From Tubiluchus corallicola (lineage: Eukaryota; Animalia; Priapulida), in assembly GCA_030141605.1 (NCBI GenBank), contig JAQGDQ010000513.1:1-64000 (forward strand): DNA of 64,000 nt. Reading direction: 5' to 3'. The notes below the pieces were generated by a model. The model made no database searches, had not been told where the DNA came from, and saw only the letters and a program-made list of their open reading frames with translations. This document shows positions 10,701-23,601 of the stretch, one piece after another (the first letter of the stretch is position 1; every line of letters begins with the position of its first letter). The translations under genes and the position numbers were made by a program.

Positions 10701-13083
10701 GAAAGACGAGGCATCAAGCTGTCAACTAAACTCAAAGTCTACAATGCTGTAGTCATTCCATCTCTGCTGTATGCCTGCGAGTCGTGGACAGTCTATAGTC
10801 GCCATGCCAGACAACTAAACTCCTTCCACCTGCGTTGTCTAAGACGACTCCTCAAGATCAGCTGGCAGGACTACATACCAGACACTGAAGTCCTCGAGAG
10901 AGCACAATCCATCAGTGTTCATGCAATGCTTAAGGCAGCACAACTGAAATGGGCTGGTCATGTTCGACGTATGGAAGATCACAGACTGCCAAAGAGACTC
11001 ATGTACTGCGAGCTGAAAGAAGGGCAACGGTCAGTTGGAGGGCAACGGAAAAGATACAAAGACACCCTCAAAGCCAGCCTGAAAGAATGCAACATCAATG
11101 TCGACTCCTGGGAAGATGTGGCACAGGAGAGATCACGTTGGCGGTCCCTCATCAAATCGGGAGTGAGCAACTATGAGTCCAGGCGCATCCAAGTTAGGCA
11201 GGAGAAAAGACAGCTTCGAAAAGACAGAGAACGCAATGCCTATCAAGATACACCATTCTTATGTCCTCACTGCAGGAGGAGGTTCTCAGCAAGAATCGGG
11301 CTTATAAGCCACCTCCGTACCCATCCTATGGCGTCAGAATGAAGTCATGGTCCTCTTCGACTATGAAGGACGAACTACTACTACTATTAGTTTGATATTG
11401 AATATCATTCAGTAAGAAGGATCAAAGATTAATGGATTTTTGCTTATAATGTGCTCAGATTGAAAAGGAGTTACTTTTATGGGCACCCTGTAAAAATGGC
11501 TCCAATAAAAAAAACTTAAGAGTAACCAAAAAATGATCTCCAATAGACTATTAACGTATTTCAGCACTCACCAAAAAATGATCTCCAATAGACTATTAAC
11601 GTATTTCAGCACTCATCAAAAAAATGATCTCCAATAGACTATTAACGTATGCCAGCACTCACCAAAAATGATCTCCAATAGACTATTAATGTGTTCCAGC
11701 ACTCACCAAAAATGATCTCCAACAGACTATTAATGTATTCCAGCACTCACCAAAAAATGATCTCCAATAGACTATTAACGTATTCCAGCACTCACCAAAA
11801 AATGATCTCCAACAGACTATTAATGTATTCCAGCACTCACCAAAAAATGATCTCCAATAGACTATTAACGTATTCCAGCACTCACCAAAAAATGATCTCC
11901 AATAGACTATTAACGTATTCCAGCACTCACCAAAAAATGATCTCCAATAGACTATTAACGTATTCCAGCACTCACCAAAAAATGATCTCCAATAGACTAT
12001 TAATGTATTCCAGCACTCACCAAAAATGATCTCCAATAGACTGTTAATGTATTCCAGCACTCACCAAAAAATGATCTCCAATAGACTATTAACGTATTCC
12101 AGCACTCACCAAAAAATGATCTCCAATAGACTATTAACGTATTCCAGCACTCACCAAAAAATGATCTCCAATAGACTATTAATGCATTCCAGCACTCAGA
12201 CTATTTGTACACGAGATGTCGTGTAAACCTCTCTCAGCTCTCGGACTAATTATTTGAATACTGTTTTTTCTGGATCACATAACAAACTGTGCTCAAATGC
12301 TAAAAATACACGAAATGGTTATGCTCTGGAATAATTCAAGTTCGTAACTATTTAAAATTTTTCACTCTTTAAGGCTCACTCAAAGTCGTAATTACATATT
12401 ATGTTTTCCTTTCTCAACTTTCAGGTTTATTGCTCTTATACCATTGCTATTATTACATCATTTACTTCATCCTTATTTACATTAAGTTATCTACAGAAGC
12501 ATGCATAACAATAATCATTTTTTCATTTAAGTAAGGTGAGTGTGTTAATGATCGTATGGTCGTACATTCACCTCGCACTACTCAAATTATTTTATTTTAA
12601 ATTTATTGATGTGTTTGATATTGTGTTTTTGTGATGTGTCAAAAATAAATTCATAGTTTACTTTCATAGCAACCACAGCTAACTACCAGTATTATTGTAG
12701 TGCCAGTATTATTGTTGCATTTTTGTTAAATGCCCAAAACTTGTGAAGCTGCTCAGCATTGTAATCTAATTTGAACTGAATTTATTGACTAAAAGGGATA
12801 AAGTATATTAATAAGACTTCACATACAAAGTTGTAAAGGGTTAGTTTGAGAACTTAAAAAAAAACAATATGTTAATGTGTTCAGCTTGAAAAGTTAGATA
12901 CTGTAAATTGTATGTGTCCTCTAGGCTCATATTCATCACTACACATCAGTGGAAGGTATGAACATCGCAGAGTTTGACAACAGCGTAGAGTCAGTCACGG
13001 ATCTCATATGTGAATATCAAGCACTTGAACAACAAGGAACACATTCTATATCTCACGTTCCTCGATTAACTGTAAAATCATGA
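2912..13083 (+). CDS. TUBE1: Epsilon-tubulin, last five exons (5' part lies before the window)
   Basis: Exons 2912-3021, 3821-3961, 6000-6140, 7412-7586 and 12925-13083 (TGA) are all AG/GT bounded and phase-compatible. They translate to ...MNNIVANLLLNMTSSARFEGSLNVDLNEITMNLVPFSKLHYL...PPRRLDEIFTDTF...LYMACALMVRG...FIHWNPEGWKTGLCSV...RLYKRKAHIHHYTSVEGM...VPRLTVKS*, which matches the epsilon-tubulin C-terminal half rather than alpha, beta or gamma tubulin. Confidence 0.95.
3335..3788. mobile_element. Truncated non-autonomous DNA element with (actccg)n subterminal repeats
   Basis: Arrays of actccgactc/actccggctc; ends in ...ccgattccgcagccctg, a hAT-like CAGGG terminus. Confidence 0.5.
4007..4676 (+). 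repeat. Direct duplicate (~95%) of ~715-1385
   Basis: Colinear match that includes the palindrome spacer and a partial cagtaa(g/a)tcctcgcttaacg MITE end. Confidence 0.9.
4726..4766. repeat. (TA)n microsatellite; others: (CA)n ~16796-16855, (GT)n ~23556-23605, (CA)n ~25928-25968
   Basis: Read directly from the sequence. Confidence 0.95.
4829..5618. mobile_element. hAT-type MITE (TIR tagggttgccac) whose right end is tandemly repeated five times (29-bp unit)
   Basis: Left flank gaaactgg|tagggttgccac; right end gtggcaacccta|gacactgg (8-bp TSD with 1 mismatch), repeated across 5475-5618. Confidence 0.75.
6920..7355. mobile_element. Dispersed MITE family (TIR ~gccttttcacagtt); other copies ~17560-17945 (inverted) and ~27755-28140
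   Basis: Three ~400-bp colinear copies with terminal inverted repeats; possibly PIF/Harbinger. Confidence 0.7.
7620..8075. mobile_element. hAT MITE with exact 8-bp TSD
   Basis: ggatgcac|cagtggtggc ... gccaccactg|ggatgcac. Confidence 0.85.
8109..9278. mobile_element. TA-flanked Tc1/mariner-type MITE (TIR cagt(a/g)ggtgcc) carrying a nested hAT MITE at 8211-8673; partial copy ~32490-32800
   Basis: ta|cagtaggtgcc ... ggcacccactg|ta. Confidence 0.7.
9392..11384 (+). mobile_element. Young 5'-truncated RTE-clade (BovB-like) non-LTR retrotransposon in the last TUBE1 intron
   Basis: Exact 13-bp TSD tattagtttgata (9379-9391 and 11385-11397), (ACT)n tail, and a 3'UTR stem-loop gtcctcttc...gaaggac. 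The endonuclease domain is absent. Confidence 0.95.
9393..11342 (+). CDS. RTE LINE ORF, reverse transcriptase plus C-terminal C2H2 finger (N-truncated; ORF track start 9729)
   Basis: Uninterrupted 650-codon frame with KAPGAD, NHRGISLLS, QCGFR, DLTKAFD, GVKQGCVLAPTLF, LFADD, YLGS and CPHCRRRFSARIGLISHLRTH. Confidence 0.93.
   Translation, partial: AIYGLPKSGTTPILSADRSTLLTENDKILQRWAEHFNIILNRPSSINDEAIERLPQVPINRSLENLPSEKEVEKAIKSLSSGKAPGADSIPAEIYANGGPKLQTKLTELFQFMWKQEKLPQDFKDATIIHLYKRKGNRQQCDNHRGISLLSIAGKILARILLDRLNTHLEKDLLPESQCGFRQGRSTVDMIFAVRQLQEKSREQHVNLLTTFVDLTKAFDTVSREGLWKIMAKFGCPDKFIKLIREFHDGMQATVQDNGKYSDPFAVSNGVKQGCVLAPTLFSMMFSAMLTDAYRDRNVGIDIRYRTDGKLFNLRRLQAKTKVKEDTIRDLLFADDCALNATSEQDMQESVNLFAQACDDFGLTINTKKTEVLLQPAPDSTYVEPTITIKNEKLTAANKFVYLGSTLSRSATIDDEAAFRISRASAAFGNLRTTCWERRGIKLSTKLKVYNAVVIPSLLYACESWTVYSRHARQLNSFHLRCLRRLLKISWQDYIPDTEVLERAQSISVHAMLKAAQLKWAGHVRRMEDHRLPKRLMYCELKEGQRSVGGQRKRYKDTLKASLKECNINVDSWEDVAQERSRWRSLIKSGVSNYESRRIQVRQEKRQLRKDRERNAYQDTPFLCPHCRRRFSARIGLISHLRTHPMASE
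11526..12198. repeat. 45-bp minisatellite, ~15 copies
   Basis: Unit ccagcactcaccaaaaaatgatctccaatagactattaacgtatt, with no spacers. Confidence 0.95.
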
Positions 13084-13558
13084 CAAAGATTTACTCTTGC
13101 TTAAAGGTAATAATATTTACTTATTTTAAATATACGAATTGTCTTGAAAACGAAATGTGTTTACAGTATGAAATAGACATTTATTTAGTACATCACATTG
13201 CCAGTTTACAGATATATACAGTTTACAAAAAACTAGATATTCGATGTGATTTTGATTTAATATTTTATTTCAAACTTTACAAAGTTCATATACACATCAC
13301 AAATTACTACAAATAATACAATAAATCATGACACACAACAATAACCCAAATAACAATTAACGATATAACAAACTATGCCAATGACGTCTAATTACATAAG
13401 AAAAGTTTACATCACTGTTTAAAATGTTCTTGCATATAAAATTTTCACTCTTATTCAGCTTGGCAATATTGTTAATCGGATGTAATATTATGACACATAT
13501 CACAGCTGTCGGAAGCATAAAACTTTTCTAACACTGTTCAGCGCTCGTCGACCTTTTG

Positions 13559-16500
13559 TCACCGTTCCGCAAAACTGCTGTCCGTATCATCCGGTAATTC
13601 TGTGGCAAATTGCTTGGCTGCGGCTGGAGACAAGACCTGCTGATGCAACAATTCTGTCAAGCACTTCAGCACGCTGCAGTGCAAACATCTTGCCTGTAAA
13701 TGGAAAAACGTCTCACATCTAGTCTGAGAGTCTGACTAGGAAAGTCTGAAAAGCTTTTGCATTTAATCAGCTACATAATCATGTAGATCCAAGTAAAACA
13801 GTCTATATCAGGGGATACTTTTGGGTTTTTTTTTGGGGGGGGGGGGAAGTTTGTCAGTCCTCTAGACTCAAGCAGGATGTGCTATAGGTTTGCCTTTGTT
13901 ATGCACTGAAAAAACATTATATCTAGAAAACTGTGTTGTTTGCCTAGGTAAGTGATTGTCTGCAAATCATAAGTTGGGTTAATTTTTCACGCTTTTCTTT
14001 TAAAACAAAATCTAGGTCTTATAGTGATACATGATTAGTTCTTGCATGTTATAACGAAATAAAAAAACCCTAGAGGAAGCTATGAAAAGTGTAGGCACAG
14101 CTTAGCCCATGATGGTCCGAGGTCTCAGGACCAAAGACCTAAGTGTTTGGTAAATGTAACCTTTTCTGAGGTGTTCTCTTGTACTTGACAAAATGCCGGA
14201 TATTCAGAGCAGGTGTACAATGCAACCAGTAACTATAGTTTAACAATATCCAAAAAGAAAATATGTGTGCTTGCAAACCAAAACTGTCCATAAGTCGGCA
14301 TAGTTAAAACTGCGTTATGATGCTTCAAAGTGGAATGCACCAAAATCTTGTCAAATATCAATTTTTTGTTTTTTACAAAAACAAACGCTAAATATATTTG
14401 ACTTTTATATTCTAGCATCAAATTATCAAGAAAGTGTTCATCCAAAAACGTTTAAAATTTAATTTTATAACTCCTTACCCACTTTCCGTTTTGAAACCAG
14501 CACTGCAATTTTAAAAACTTTTATTTTCAAACTCCGATTGTAGCTCCTAGAAGCTGTCATTTTGCTTTGTTTTTTTTCTGTTGCCAAACCCAGATCTTCG
14601 CCAGGCAGAGCCATCTACTTCATTTAAACATAACATCAATGTGGTCTTGCATGATCCGTAGCAACCAATATTTCTATGGTTGCCAAGTGTTTTGTAAAAA
14701 CGCGACAAAGCACAATGGCTAACTTGAATAGCTTGCACCTCAACTTCAACGTGGATTATCTCAGCTTAGAAATAACGTTGAGCGATGAGCTTGGTATCAA
14801 AATGATCCTCATGAAATGGAGATTCGGGATATGTGAATGACTGGAAAACCTTAATTGCCGACTTATGCAAGCACACACATGACATATGCCAGAAATTTTT
14901 ACTATCGTTTGCAAAACAAAAAATAAATTAGGATGCAAAACTACAAGTTTCCCAAAACAATGTTAATGATTTCAATTAATATTTTTTTATTGTAATTTGA
15001 AGCAAAAACTCGTGGTATAATGAAAGATTATTGTTATTGCGTTATGTAAAGTGTAAATAGACAGCCAGATATTCTTTACCTCAATTACTGCTTCGTCATC
15101 ATTGGCCTTTTCCTCTGACAAAACTTTGGGTTGTTGCAATATAAACTGAATCAGCTCGTTCATAACCTTCCGAAATTCAATCAGTTTTTCTGCCACCCTG
15201 GAGTTTGAAGCAGCATTAAATTTATGCACATACATCATTCAGATGTGGCAAAACCAAATTTTGTATGTTACTTCAATACCTTAATTAATATTTCCTATTT
15301 GTAGTGATTTTATATGTATTATTATTATTTTTATTATTATTACGAGTTTATTTCGTATAAAAAATATACAGTTTACAAAACAGGTAATGCGATGTTAGTA
15401 AAGTAACATATCTACAGACATTCAACTTTATAATATCCACTCATTGTAGTTCTCTTGTAATTATATTACAGTATACAGTGTTGTAAGGAGCTATAATAGA
15501 TATCGTAAAACATAATCTTTAAATGAGTTCTTAACCTTTAATTTTACATTTTCGTTTAGATCTGCACTACAACCATATTTAAATCTTAAATTTACTTCAC
15601 TGTTATTTAAATAATAACATAGCTTTGGAATTCTCAATGTTCAGGACCGGAAGCGTTTGCTGCATTTTGCATGGGTTCGTGAAAAACTGCTCTCACTGAC
15701 CAGCGATTACGTTATATTTGATAATTTTTGTAGGTTACTACTCCTCACACTGGGATTTTCATGCAAAATTATATGTGAAATGCATTTGTTTACTTTATAC
15801 AAATGAAAACTAATTTTTTGACAAAAAAATTGAAAAAAGCTTCCATCTGTTATGGTGCAGTGTTTGCACTGTAACAATGTACAGTATCGCTTATGTGAAA
15901 TCAGCTAATGTAGAAAATTTCAACTATCCAGACACAACACTCTTGATACACCTTGGCCTCTCGTCTACACTATTTTTAATGAGACATTTCTGTTAAAAGA
16001 TGAAACGACCTTAATTTGTCTTTAGTTGATTTGTTATCTTTTCCTGGAATAGCAGCAGAACATTGTAGGTTACAACTTGGGCTGCAGCAAACAGGCGATC
16101 AATAAATTAGTGTGTACGATCACGTAAGTGTACACCAGACTAAGCTACTCAAAAGGCTAAGTTGGAACACCTGAAAAGGGCGAGTTTTTCCTAATTGTAT
16201 CCAGTTAAATCTCTTATAAATGTCTAAACAAATAGCATGACTGGATAGCCGAGATTCTCCTGAATAGAGCAGTACCTAATTTGTAATCATTTAGTTATGT
16301 CAGTGCTCATACAGTAGCAGAAAAGTCACGGGTCTGGAGTCCTGAAGGAGTTAACTGGGATACCAAACCACAGTGACACACTGATAATTAAAGCAGCCCA
16401 TATGAAGTATTCATAAATGCAAAAAATCCAAAAAATAATAAAGACTAAACGAAACTTACTCTCGATAACAACAGAACGACATTCTTGTACTCCCATCCAC

Positions 16501-19500
16501 AGTTAGAATTACAAGATCTTTGTCTGCTGTTTCATTGAGTTGACTACGATCTTCTTTTTTTAACTCTAAAGGAATTTATTAAATAGGAAAAAGCATTATT
16601 TATATTTCTTTAGCCCTTTCACTACGTAGTTACTTTTTAACCGGGCCACATTGACTTTTGCATATTTTACAATAACTTCTTGTGGTGTGTTACTAAAACA
16701 GAATCTTGTAAATAAACAAATAGTTCTTCGATATCGAATACCAATATTGAATATTAGTTTCATTTCTACACATGAACACACATATGGGTATACATGCACA
16801 CACACACGCACGCACACACGCACACGCACACACACACACACACACACGTACACACCTTCATAAATAAGCATGTACTTATATTTAGAAACCAGTTTTCACA
16901 AAAGACAATACTAATCCATAATATGCAATCATTTTATAAGAACGCAGAACAATATGTTTCATCAATGATCTACAAGTGATTTTGCGTGGGAACATGCCAT
17001 ACAGTACAGTATTGTGGAATGCACCTGGCTTCAGACGCTGATTGGCTGGTCAGCATTACTTGTTGTGAGGCAACCCCAATCCCACAGCTGTTAAACTTTT
17101 CTACAATGTTTTGCATGGCCGTACCAGTGAAATAAACAGATCTGGGTGACTGAGCTTAGCGCTGAGTTTGAGCGGCAGTCTACCGCCTTCTGTCCCTTGC
17201 ATGAAAACATAGACGGCGGTGTGCTGCCTGCCGTAGTGAAAAGGTTAAAGAAGTAAATGTTTCAGTTTTCCTTATTGACACACCTTAAATTGCAGAATCG
17301 TAAGAGCAGAATGAGGAAAATGAAGACATTTACTGCAAAAACACTCTAAAGTCGGTTTTTGATTTGCGGTCCATGACAAAGTAATGAACATGTTTAATCT
17401 TAGCTAGGATACGGTTTATATATGTGACACGACAAGGCTAAGCTCATATTTCATGAATAATGTTGCACATGTACTGAAAAAACTTGACGAAGCCAAGTAC
17501 TCACAATATGGGATCAAACAAACGTGTCTCTTCATTAAGGCTCCCAAATTTCTTAATAAGCCTTTTCACAGTTTCGCTGTGCGCACGTGCAATTGCTGTA
17601 GGTCAAAGGTTAAGTGTACCACAACAATGTGTCTTAACTACAACCGTCACGTGATGTGTGTTTAAAGCAAAGATATCTGCTGCATCAGTTCAGTAACTTC
17701 GGCTGTTTTACACGGACTTTCCTTAATTATGCATTAGTCTGTGCATAGAGTGATTTACTATCAGGATCTTGCCTGGGAACAAGAAAAAATGAACTAGGTA
17801 AGGTCCTAGCTAGCTGTTAAAACTGTTATGATTACAATAGCATGGGCTGGGAGGCGTTGTCAAGTGTACACAAATACATTGTCTGGTACATGTAACCTTC
17901 GACCTTTTCAGGATCGTCACCAATCACTGGAACTGGGAAAAACGCTTATTGTTCTATAAACAAACAGCCAAATTTTCACATTACAGTGTTCCCTCGCTAA
18001 TTTGTGGTTTGTTTATTGCAGACTCGCTGTTTCGTGGGTTTTTGCGTTACTCCGTCTAAAGTATTTTTGCACATGTGTAATACGTATTGTACAGTAATGT
18101 ATAGATTTGATGAATTTTGCATAAAAAATTACAAAATATATAAAAATATATTAAAAATATTAAGTCTAACATTAAGAAAATATTATAAATCATAAAAAAA
18201 TACCATTTACAGTAAATAGTGTACTTATTTGGCGGATGAATACACACCAAAAATGAAATGTAGTACTTGCGCTGGCTTGAGATACTACTTGCCAACGTGA
18301 GATTTTTTTAACTCAAATTTTTAAAATTACGTATCTAGGTGTGTTTAAAACACCTTTTTGAACATTTAAGTAAAGTTTTTTAAAAGGTACACGTACAGTA
18401 TGGGAAAAGTTATTAGGGGAATGGGAAAGGGTTATGTATAAGAGCGTGGGGAGGGTTTATAAACACTTAAAATAATGTATAACTACTAAAATAAGTGTAG
18501 CGTCCCTACTTCGCGGAAATTCACTTATCGCGGGTGGGCCTGGAACGGAACACCCGCGATAAGTGAGGGAACACTGTATAATAAAATCAACAGCAAAAGT
18601 GGACCGACGAGCATGTTGCTCTTATTAATAAATGAACTGACCTGCCTCCCAAAATTCATGCTGTTCCTCTGTCGGTAAATGAAGGTGAATTTCGTTACCA
18701 CCAAATAACACTAATGCCAACGGATGAATCGTGGAGCAGTCGCGCAGCACAGGCATACCCATTTCAGCAGACATAACCTGAACAATGTCAGTAATATACT
18801 TTTTATATGAACTCAGAAAATATCAAACACTTGAGCTGGTAAGTTGAATCAAGAAAGCTTATATTGCGCAATAAACAAAGCACAATTAGTTAGGCAAAAA
18901 TGAAAATAATTACGCATAAATAAGCAATACAAAAAAAGAAATGCTTACTAATTTCTTTGAAAGCAAAAATCACTTTTAACATCAAAATGCAAAAGTTAAG
19001 CTGTTGGTGGATAAAATGCTGATGGACCAACAATTGGAATTAATTAATCAATTAGTTACTAGAACAGAGTTGAGAATCAAATAAATTCCAGTTAAACTTG
19101 ACATTAAAATTCAGCGATTGTTGGGGTCATTTCTTCATAATGAACATGCTTTTGAAGTTATGATTATTAATGACTAATTATCATTATTGTTATAATTTTT
19201 GCACGATTGTTTACTGTTTTACAGTGAGTCCTCGCTTAACGATGCTAATGTGTTCCAGCAAAACGCGACGTTAAGCGAAATGTTGTTAAACAAAACCAAA
19301 ACTTCCACAGAAACTAATGTAAAAGAATTGAGATATGTTTCAGAGGCAAAAATCAATGCTGCTTAAATCATATAAATTAAAAGTTTTATCAGATTCTTTA
19401 TGATTTCCGCTAATTAATTTCTTTCTGCTTGAAACCAGGGATGAGAATTTTCTGCGGATACATGGAATTCCGAGTTTTTGGAAGACCAGTAGTGCCATTT

Positions 19501-22500
19501 TTGTAAATCGCGTACATTCGCTGAGAAAATTTTTACGGACCCAGTACATTATTTCACAAGCTGACCGCTAGTTGGCAGGCCGTCACTTTGTTTACATCAC
19601 ATACATCAGTGTAACCACGCGTATATATATCTCTATGTATAAAAATATAGAATCAATTGTGCGGAGTTATTTGAGTCAATCGCAGACAGTTTTTATATAC
19701 TTTTGTTAGGAGCGGCCAGTACTTACGCATTTTTGAGACAATTAGGTATCATGTTCCTTGGTGGTTGGGTATTTTAAAATATGCATGAAACAAGGTAATT
19801 GATATTTTAAGTCCACTTAGAGGCTCCCTACGGTCACAGAATTGCAATTTGTTGCTGGCTCCAAGGAGGCTTCACCTTGGACCCCTTGAACCCCCATGGA
19901 GGCTACGCAGCCCCCAAACCCCAGGCCTGTTTCAGAGTTTTTTGCAATTTGTCATCCTCATCCCTACTTGAAACCACCTATCTTTCTTATTAATACGTAC
20001 CTAGCTAGCGGTTTCTCTTTCATTAAGGTTTAATCCTAGGCAGCCAATAAATAATAAACACTACCGCGTCAAAGATAAGCACTACATGAGGCGAGCTTGG
20101 AAATATTATCATACCAGAGCACCGTATCACTTATTAGGTAGTCTGGTTGCTATAGGAACAGGCTGCAGGTAGAATTCCTTCACACAAACTTTGTTCACAG
20201 GTCTCCCTTGATAGAAATGGCTAATAGTATAGTAGTCAGTCGGGAAGCAAAAGCTTGTATAATAATTGCACTGTTTACGCAACTAATACACTTTTAAAAC
20301 AGAATAACACAGAAGTGCCATTTTAATGCTTCAAATTAAGTAAAAAAAACTTGTTGATAAATGGAAATTGGCTTTCAGCAAAGTAAAAAAACGTTGTTAA
20401 AATGAGACGTGCGTCGTTAAGTGAAACAAGATGTCAAAGGTTCAGCGTCACTAACAGGGGCATTGGTTATGGTCTTACGGTCAATGCGAATGCAGATATA
20501 ATCAATCCCAGTTAAGCGAGCTTTCATGCTATCCTCTCACTTCATTGTTAATTTTACTTGGAAAACTGCTGAAGCAAAGCCATTGTTCTGACGTCACCCA
20601 TTATACTCTGCTTATAACCTTATAAACTAAACTATAACTTTAATTTAGTAAAAGCTGCTGCTGGCTTTGCGTTGTAAATGAGGACTATGTAGGATGTTCG
20701 CGCATTATTGATTATAAGTGTATTTATGCACAAAACTTTTTGCGGGGCATTTGGTAGCTGAACTAAATGTAACACAACACTTGATGAACTACCATTGCGA
20801 TTACCACTTGAGCCAGAATAAGCAAGAATTTACCTTATTATAAAATGTTAGCCAACTGCTATCAAACTGCCCCTCTTTCTTATTTATTGAACTGCGATGG
20901 ATATGAAGCCTTTGCTGATCGTCGACGCTTGTCATGACTACCGCAGTCTCCTTTATTCTTCCTTTGTAAATAGATCCAGTCTTGATTTTTGCAACATTTG
21001 AATAGAAGCCGACGAGCAACATTGCCTATTGGAATTAACAGAAAAATCAACAATGGTCCATCAATGGTATTACGTGTGATTACAATACTGTATTACTTTA
21101 AATGACAACCTGAAGTGAATCAGCACAGCAAATAAGAACTTTACAATCAGGTCACAACACCTTCTTTATAAACGATCACGACAACAAGTAAAAAGATAAA
21201 AAACTTTTACAGTCAACCTCGGATATAACGGACACCTTGGGACAGGAAAAAACCATCCCTTATATCCTATGTCGCTTATAGCCAAAGTTGAGTCATACTG
21301 AGGGCGTATCTAGTACTTTTCCGTACCTTTCTGCACTTTTACCCATATTTTTATGGATTATTGCTACACATTCAGTGCAAACGGTGTGTAGGAAGCTCCT
21401 TCAGTGATTCGGTTATAAGGGACGATTAAAGTACTCGGATATAATGGATGTTCGGTTATAAGGGACGATATCTTCAGACCCCGCGTAATAGAAACCCAGG
21501 TAAATTACCTCGCATATAAGGGACCCTATTATCAAAGCGAAATTGATCGATTTTTAACCTCAATTTTTCGTAAACTCGACCTCCTAAACCCGAACAGCTC
21601 AGTTTCAGCAGTCACACACATCTCGTATCACTGATGAAGCTTCCTACATACCGTTTGCACTGAATGTGTAGCAATAATCCAAAATATGGGTAAAAGTGCA
21701 GAAAAGTACATGTCTATATACACCCTCGCTCTGACTCAACTTCGGCTATAAGGGACATCAGATATAAGGGACGGTTTTTTGCAGTCACAAGGTGTCCCTT
21801 GTATCCGAGGTTGACAGTTACTAGCATTGTTACTAAAGCTTTACCTTCACTAGTTCATGCTTATGAGAATATTGATTATTCATATGTAAAGGATCAAGAC
21901 TTGATTCCACGTCTTCAGTCAAGTATGCATCGTACAAATGCTCAGAATATAGTTCACGTAAGCCTAGAAAATACGTTTTGCTTACCAAAGGTATGAAACA
22001 GGCCCATATCTTAACTGTTTTCTACTAAAGAAATAGTTAATTAGTTGTATATTCATCCACAGTACCATCTTTATGATATAATCATACATACATCATTAAT
22101 AAATTTACATTAAGGTACGATTCCATGTATGTGTAATGCATGATCCGTATTTAAACATGTAGAAGTGTTCCCATGTGTGCGTAATGCGCGATGTGTGATC
22201 CATATTCATTTGAACGCTGTCATCCGAATACGCATCACGCAGCAATACACAGACAGGAAACCGCCGTTGCCTAGGTGATTATAGCGAGTTTTCAAGTTTC
22301 CGGTGATCATTTTTGCCGTTTAGCTGTCTGAAAATTCTAGTTAGGTGAGTTTTGATCACTTTAACACCTATAAACAATAATATTTTTCCTGTTTTGAGAG
22401 ATGGAAGAAGCATGTAGTTATGTGTTGTGCATCTAACTGCAATGTTTTCACTAAATGATGATACTAGCCGTATTGTTCTCTCCCCTGCAAAATATTGTGC

Positions 22501-23550
22501 ACCAAAACCTACCTGTGCTTTACTTTCCGTCTAATAGTACAATAATAAGCTGATGCTGCAGCTGTAATTATTACACTTAAATTTCGACAGAGACGTGGTT
22601 TCCAAAAATTATTGCTTGCAATTTTCATGAATAGCAACCAAAAATGGTGGAAAGAGTGTCGTATTTTTTAATACGTGTAGCGTTTACGCACACATGGAAA
22701 CAGTCAATACGCATCACGGATCACAGATAGATCATGCACTACTCATTACGTGCATGTGTAAACAGTCAACACGCATCACGGATCACAGATAGATCATGCA
22801 CTACTCATTACGTGCATGTGTAAACAGTCAATACGCTTCACACATTACGGATCACAGATTACGCACTACATATTACGTGCACGTGTAAACAGTCAATACG
22901 CATCATGCACTATGGATCACAGATCACAAGATCACACATTACTCACTGCGTGTATGTGAAGCTGTAGCATTACAAACTGAATTTTTGTTTCCAATAACTA
23001 CTGAAAAAGTATTCAGAGCTCACCGCGTAGAAATTCCATGTTAAACTTATTGACTAGATTGGCTTGATTAAATCTCTTTTCTGCCTCCCAGCCTTGACGT
23101 TTTGCATTCAGCCACGTGTGAAACAAGTTGACAAATGTGAGATGATCACTCTGACTTTCCATTGCAAATCGCTGTCTGATCTGACAAAGCATGAAATAAA
23201 TAAGGCAATAAATAAATAAATAAGGTAAAACACATACTTTGTGGCTTTAGAATACATTTTTAGATTTATTATTTACAATGTCAATGTGTATACATGTACA
23301 TACAGAACAATGGTATACAGAATAAGGTACAAAGTTTGTGAATCATCAGCATATGAGGACGCATCAAGTCAACAGTATAAGAAAATTTATTTAGTGTCAA
23401 AGGTATAGGCTAAGAATATTACTCTCTCTTGCCACCCACAATTAAATATTAAAATCATTAAAAATAAAAGTCAGTGCATTTAAAAAATTTGCTGTCACTT
23501 AAAATATTTTTATTACAACTGACAGTGAGGTTTTTATCTGTTTAATATGC

Positions 23551-23601
<51 letters not shown>

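Noticed and set aside
9398-11176. Small ORFs overlapping the LINE on both strands
   Set aside because: Shadow frames of the RT ORF.
11686-12226. Repetitive ORFs of 124, 112 and 66 aa
   Set aside because: By-products of a 45-bp (3n) minisatellite.
16596-16979. ORFs across (CA)n/(GT)n microsatellites (also 23542-23779)
   Set aside because: Low-complexity artefacts.
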